From: Antedon mediterranea
Taxonomy: Eukaryota > Animalia > Echinodermata
Direction: 5' to 3'
DNA length: 64,000 nt
Assembly: GCF_964355755.1 (NCBI RefSeq)
Contig: NC_092677.1
Location: 6,532,101-6,596,100 of the forward strand
Every line of letters begins with the position of its first letter. The first letter of the stretch is position 1. Made by a program: the position numbers and the translations under genes. The notes under the pieces were generated by a model. That model made no database searches and had not been told where the DNA came from. It saw nothing but the letters and a program-made list of their open reading frames with translations. Shown in pieces: positions 62,801-64,000 of this stretch.

Positions 62801-64000
62801 TATATATAATCACATCCGACATATTATAGTTCTTTGTATTCATTTGTCGTTCGATGTGTCAGTCTAAATTAAATCGAACATTTTACATATATTTATTTGT
62901 TTCAGAGGTTAACTAAAGACGCTACCTATTATTATGGCTGCTTAATATGAGTAGTAGTCGGTAACGTAGTGAGGTTGTTCACGTTAGGATGCACTGTACT
63001 TAAAATGGTTATCATTCTGTTTAACATTAAACTGTGTATATATTCACGAAAGACCATAAATAAATAATAATGATTACAATTATTCAAAAATAAGCAGTCA
63101 AATATAAGCATTCAAATAGCTAATTACAACCTTTGGCAGAAACGAAGACTATAAGCATAGGGCTATTAGTATTAAGAGTTTCTTTATTTTTACAAATACA
63201 TTTTGCATGAAATTGTGTAGTAAAAGGAAACGTTGAAATGCATTAGAATGATCATGTGATATTTTAATAGTTTGAACTTAGCAAAGGTTTTAGTAACTAG
63301 TGTAGATATGCACCACAAACTCTCCAATCACTGCGGCGAACTCAGAGTTTGCAAACAATGGTTTGATTGTAGATTGAGTTAGTTAGTGATATTTGAACCC
63401 ACTTAACACGTGCAGTAGAGAACGTCTAAATATCGGCCTAACAATACCCTACTAATACCATTGGTCGTTTGAAGTTAAGGCTTAAAATATGGAATAACTT
63501 ACCAACTGAGCTAAAATATTCTTTAACAATTACTTCATTTAGAGCTAGAAATCGATTTAATTTATTTTCACAAACAAAACTTTTTTTAAATGTAAACGCG
63601 ACTCTACCGCTCACTATGTCGGTCGGTAAACACTAACTCAAATGTGAGCTCGCAGCTGCAGCCATGTATGTGTCCTTGTTCTTTTACCTGATTGTGAAAT
63701 CCTGTATAAATGTTGTTAAATAATGATACAAATAAATAAATACAACAGATTAGCGCCCCATTCACCATGCAAGTTAATACGATTGGTCATGATTTTGCGA
63801 AAGGAATGATATCCAAGTTGTCTTATTCTGTTAGTTTAAACATCTTCATTCATTAAACAAGAACACCCTTAGACATCGTTTTAACACGTTTACATGAGGC
63901 GGTAAGGATTGAAACATTTAGATGTTCCATAGAATTGCTCCCTTTTATGTCAGACTTCTGTTGGACTTTGTTTCCCGCATTGCATTAAAACATTTTTGCC

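Overview
AT-rich, intron-rich metazoan nuclear DNA, not prokaryotic. A marine invertebrate, possibly an echinoderm, is inferred from Deu-type SINEs, Academ elements and TAGGCCTA-rich tracts. Two spliced genes can be rebuilt by hand. (1) An ovo/shavenbaby/OVOL C2H2 zinc-finger gene on the minus strand (coding exons 6423-5248, 4935-4791, 4427-4141; ~535 aa) with no visible SNAG motif. (2) A divergently oriented, uncharacterised gene on the plus strand with 8 coding exons (24032-41760; ~380 aa, acidic and helical-looking). The rest is mostly transposon material. Two abutting Academ DNA transposons (14044-17628, 17630-21322) have an insertion order that can be read from their 3-bp TSDs; the second is a rearranged copy whose ~730-bp inverted arms include the 3' end of the transposase gene. 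There is also a nested stack of MULE-like elements (50.6-53.4 kb), Harbinger, Kolobok and hAT MITEs, Helentron-type non-autonomous elements, CORE- and Deu-type SINEs, LINE fragments, Penelope-like foldbacks and minisatellites that arose inside MITEs. No CRISPR array, rRNA or clearly functional tRNA was seen, and I found no firm evidence of a new biological system. Family assignments come from recalled motifs, not database searches.
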